From Pristiophorus japonicus (lineage: Eukaryota), in NCBI RefSeq assembly GCF_044704955.1, contig NC_091999.1, forward strand, positions 10,292,001-10,356,000: a stretch of DNA of 64,000 nt, written 5' to 3'. The notes under the pieces are model-generated. The model searched no databases, was not told where the DNA came from, and saw only the letters and a program-made list of their open reading frames with translations. A program made the translations under genes and the position numbers. How positions within the stretch are numbered: position 1 is the stretch's first letter; each line of letters opens with the position of its first letter. Below are positions 61,801 through 64,000 of the stretch, one piece after another.

Positions 61801-63041
61801 GGCGTATTACACGGGCTCTGTGTCTTTTTCAGGACGCCTTGCTCTAACAGTGCTAAGATGACTGGCTCTATCCCTTCTTCCGCCTCCGGTGGCAGTCTGT
61901 ACTGCCTTATACTTGGCAATACAGCATTTTTTATCAACTGTACCCTATGGGGCACCGCAGAATAGACTTGTCCAACATGGTTTTTATGTTTAGCCCAGAG
62001 TTCGGGGGACACTTGACTCAGTGCCATTGGTATGTTAGGGCTAGTTTGTCCGGGGGGTTGCTGTTTTTCAAACGTAGCATCGTGCCCTTTTCTCTCCCAG
62101 TGGAGAATTCCTCTGTCACGGGTGATAAATTCTAGCCGTATATCCTGCAGTTCTATCATCGCCCATGGTTGATAACCTGGTCGCTGTCTTTTCTCTTCTA
62201 TGTCTAAGATCATTCCGCCCATGTCTTTAGGTTTTGCTGGGGGCTTTACAGCCAATGTCAGATGGGGTGTCGTATTTTCTTCTTTAAATCGTTTTTGTTG
62301 TAACGGTGTTAGCTCCACGGCCACCCCCAACCCTTCAGATCCGAAATAAATGTGGGGAGTAGCTTCTATTACTTCGTTTTTATTTAAGAACGGTTGCACA
62401 AAGCGCTGATAGTCTTCAGCCCTGTGTCGAGTATACCAGGCTGTACAGTGAAGCTGAACTGCCTCAAAGCTTGTTAAGATGATATACAATAACTCTTTAA
62501 TATTAGGGTCAATTTTAATCTTTAAGTTTTCCACTGCCTCTTTTATCAGGGGGGAGTAGAAGTTGCCACTCAGTTGCCAACTATAAAGGGCAGCACTTTC
62601 TTCATTCTTTTCCTCTTTCTCTCTTTCTATCCCATTAAAGAACTGATGAATGTTATTTGGAGGGATCTCCATAAACATCCCTTCCTTTGTGCAATATATT
62701 GTGGCTCCTAGTTTGCACAAAGTCTGTCTTCCTAATAGAGGGAGAGGCGTTGTCTTAGAGACTATCAGGGTTTCGTCATTAACTTGTTGTCCTTCAATTG
62801 TCAATTTAGTAGGTTCGGATAAAAAATCTTTCAAGGGGACGCCGGCCACACCCATGCTTAAAACAGTGGTGTTGCTTACGGGTAATCCCACAGAGGGCGG
62901 TACAGAGGACATAGTGGCGCCGGTATCCACCAGGAACTTTACATAAGTGTTTCCTACTTTTAGTATTGCTAAGGGATTTTCTTCTATGTCCGTTGATAAG
63001 CGAAGAGTCGCTGCCTGTACCGTTATGCCTCTGGGGCATCC
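58893..63041 (-). CDS. pol: Pro-Pol: protease, 2H-phosphoesterase-like insert, RT, RNase H, integrase
   Basis: FLVDTGA protease, LPQG and YADD RT, YTDGS/AQAAEL/YTDS RNase H, HHCC and D-D-E integrase with GPY; in frame with gag across its TAG. Confidence 0.96.
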   Translation of the reverse strand, partial: GCPRGITVQAATLRLSTDIEENPLAILKVGNTYVKFLVDTGATMSSVPPSVGLPVSNTTVLSMGVAGVPLKDFLSEPTKLTIEGQQVNDETLIVSKTTPLPLLGRQTLCKLGATIYCTKEGMFMEIPPNNIHQFFNGIEREKEEKNEESAALYSWQLSGNFYSPLIKEAVENLKIKIDPNIKELLYIILTSFEAVQLHCTAWYTRHRAEDYQRFVQPFLNKNEVIEATPHIYFGSEGLGVAVELTPLQQKRFKEENTTPHLTLAVKPPAKPKDMGGMILDIEEKRQRPGYQPWAMIELQDIRLEFITRDRGILHWERKGHDATFEKQQPPGQTSPNIPMALSQVSPELWAKHKNHVGQVYSAVPHRVQLIKNAVLPSIRQYRLPPEAEEGIEPVILALLEQGVLKKTQSPCNTPILPIPKINRPNEWRFVQDLRAINKIVVPITPVVPDTNIILSAIPPTATVFTVVDLCSAFFSIPLKEESQYLFAFTYKKQQYTWTRLPQGYTESPAVYAAAVKRDLEDCSLSDQSVLLQYADDLLVASSHGFECMQDSIKLLQHLCERGHRVSLQKLQFCQVQVQYLGFRISQGQRQLGPERIQTIQNTPTPRTKKDVLSFLGMVGYCRQWIPDYREWDAALRSAALKEAPPKVEWTPEREEAFKQLKNAITNAPALGLPNYSKPFQMYVNEKEGFATAVLTQEHGGGNRPVAYYSVMLPPVVRGMPACLRAVAATAVMVEKSVPIVLDYPCTVITAHAVLLLLNSAATQHFTASRRTGYEVLLLSHPNYTFRRAPAVNPAVFVPTSSTREIEDPDQHDCLSTVEMATMPRPDLLTEPMDNPDLILYTDGSSHRPSDNLLLAGYAIVNPYEIVEAFALPPGTSAQAAELFALTRACILAKNQSANIYTDSRYAFGVVHDFGQLWKNRGFITSGGKHIKHSQLVLNLIDAIQLPKRVAVIKCAAHTTGEDEVSIGNRRADEAARRAALEQTCCLQAASVSPLPTLSAQQLEIAQQQVTVQERKTWEKQGCFLKNNIWTHPDGRTVCPRSLFLPLSRLAHGQAHMGKGGMIHAINAQWYAPGITVIIEKIAKTCQICQQNNRGKTPAEYDHLPQPSMPFENLQIDFVHMPPVLGFKYLLVIVDMFTRWVEAYATRKDDARTVVKILFKEIVPRYGIPMGINSDRGTHFTGKIVQNLAEALGFQWKLHIPYQPQSSGMVERVNGVIKSTLTKVCQETGLKWPDALPLVLYTIRNQKNRNTGLTPHEALLGRPMPTGVKPPLGAEKVALIWNDEKSLKYAQAMCEIARSLHERIKQTQVPPSEGNMHPFRPGEQVLVKTLNKESFSPRWKGPYQIILTTRTALKLEKHPNWIHATRCKYYLPDETQQEEEIPS

Positions 63042-64000
63042 CTATGCTGATTGATACGGATTGGGGTTAGAAAAGGAAAATTGAGGGGCTGGTGGAGGTG
63101 GAGGTTCGGAAAAGTTCCCTTGCGACCCTCTATTCTGTTTGGGCGGGCATCTACAGTCGCGAGCCCAATGCCCTATTCTTCCACAATTTCTACACTCATC
63201 TTGAGAGCGATCTCGCTGTGACCACTGTCCTCTTCCTCTTCCTCCACCCCTAAATCCCCCTCGATTCTGCGCCTGCCCTCCGCCTCTCTGCTGGTAATAT
63301 TGACCTGTTGCTTTGGTTTTACTTACGTAATTGAACAATCCCTCCCTGTCCATGTTTGCCAAGACAGTGACTGTCTCTTTCCAGGTTTTTCCTTGCCAAT
63401 CTAAAACTTTAATTTTGTAGGTCTTTGCATGCTGTGGTAACATGCAGTTCAGCAGTGTTTGTACTGCTAAAGGTTCATTCGTATCTAAGGGTATTCCTGC
63501 ATACTCCTCCCAGCTATTTTTCCACCTGGCTGCGAAATCTATCATTGATTCTTCCGCTTTCTGCAAACAGCGAGTAACCTCCCCTATATCCCCATGTTGT
63601 CTAGCCCCTTGTAGAATTGCATTCCGTCCTCTATTCTGTAGCCAGTGTGTTAAAGATTCGTTTCCTTCATTTAGCAAATCATTATTAGCTCTCCAATCCC
63701 CTTCTTCTCCGGGCGGGATATGGAACATATCTTTTACTCCCTGCCAGGAAGATCCGTACGCTGCTTGTAATAATAGTTTAACATCCCCTGGTAGCGGATT
63801 ATAAATTGTACAGGTCTGCTCAAGCCAGTTATGAAATGCAACAGGTTTCTTTACCGGGTTTGGGGCTGCAGAGATCATATCTCTGGCCTCTCCCGGAGAC
63901 CAGGGTTTTAAAACCGCTGTGGTTCCTATCATTACTCGGGGATTTTGGAGGAGGAGGGTAGAGTCGGCTTCTGCCTGAGCTGGGGTTGTTTGTGACCTTA
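63042..64000 (-). CDS. gag: Gag, 5'-partial (capsid and nucleocapsid)
   Basis: Frame open to the window edge; MHR-like QKAEESMIDFAARW; RGG-rich stretch; single CX2CX4HX4C knuckle. Confidence 0.93.
   Translation of the reverse strand, partial: RSQTTPAQAEADSTLLLQNPRVMIGTTAVLKPWSPGEARDMISAAPNPVKKPVAFHNWLEQTCTIYNPLPGDVKLLLQAAYGSSWQGVKDMFHIPPGEEGDWRANNDLLNEGNESLTHWLQNRGRNAILQGARQHGDIGEVTRCLQKAEESMIDFAARWKNSWEEYAGIPLDTNEPLAVQTLLNCMLPQHAKTYKIKVLDWQGKTWKETVTVLANMDREGLFNYVSKTKATGQYYQQRGGGQAQNRGGFRGGGRGRGQWSQRDRSQDECRNCGRIGHWARDCRCPPKQNRGSQGNFSEPPPPPAPQFSFSNPNPYQSA

Larger units (their letters stand above)
56031..64000 (-). mobile_element. Endogenous retrovirus, class I (gamma/epsilon-related), 5' part beyond window
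   Basis: gag-TAG-pro-pol, env, PPT and 3' LTR in correct order; main ORFs uninterrupted. Confidence 0.96.

Noticed and set aside
57610-63804. Plus-strand ORFs antisense to env/pol/gag
   Set aside because: Short shadow ORFs without motifs

Overview
Vertebrate genomic DNA, most likely a cartilaginous fish (shark); this is an inference from the CR1/L2 LINE content, the satellites and the style of the V segments. Positions ~6.3-55.7 kb are a T-cell receptor alpha/delta-type V-segment array with leader exon, short intron, V exon and heptamer-spacer-nonamer RSS, in mixed orientations. By manual splicing I find 5 apparently intact V segments, 1 V with an intact frame but a mutated splice acceptor, and about 14 pseudogenes or relics from several families. 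The array was built by direct and inverted segmental duplications and is interspersed with decayed CR1/L2 LINEs and satellites. Positions 56031-64000 (minus strand) are a young, essentially intact endogenous retrovirus: gag runs off the window, followed by amber read-through pro-pol, env and the 3' LTR. It is inserted ~400 bp upstream of an intact V gene. Its unusual features are a 2H-phosphoesterase-like domain between protease and RT, a non-gamma-type Env with a very long Cys-rich fusion subunit, and a hidden Vpu-like small membrane ORF overlapping the env start that the ORF track misses. Other notable signals are a V lineage with 24-bp RSS spacers and RSS-adjacent CTCF-like motifs, an orphan RSS whose V is lost at the heptamer, and a J-like relic inside the V array. 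All identities come from motif reading, not database searches, and repeat boundaries are approximate.
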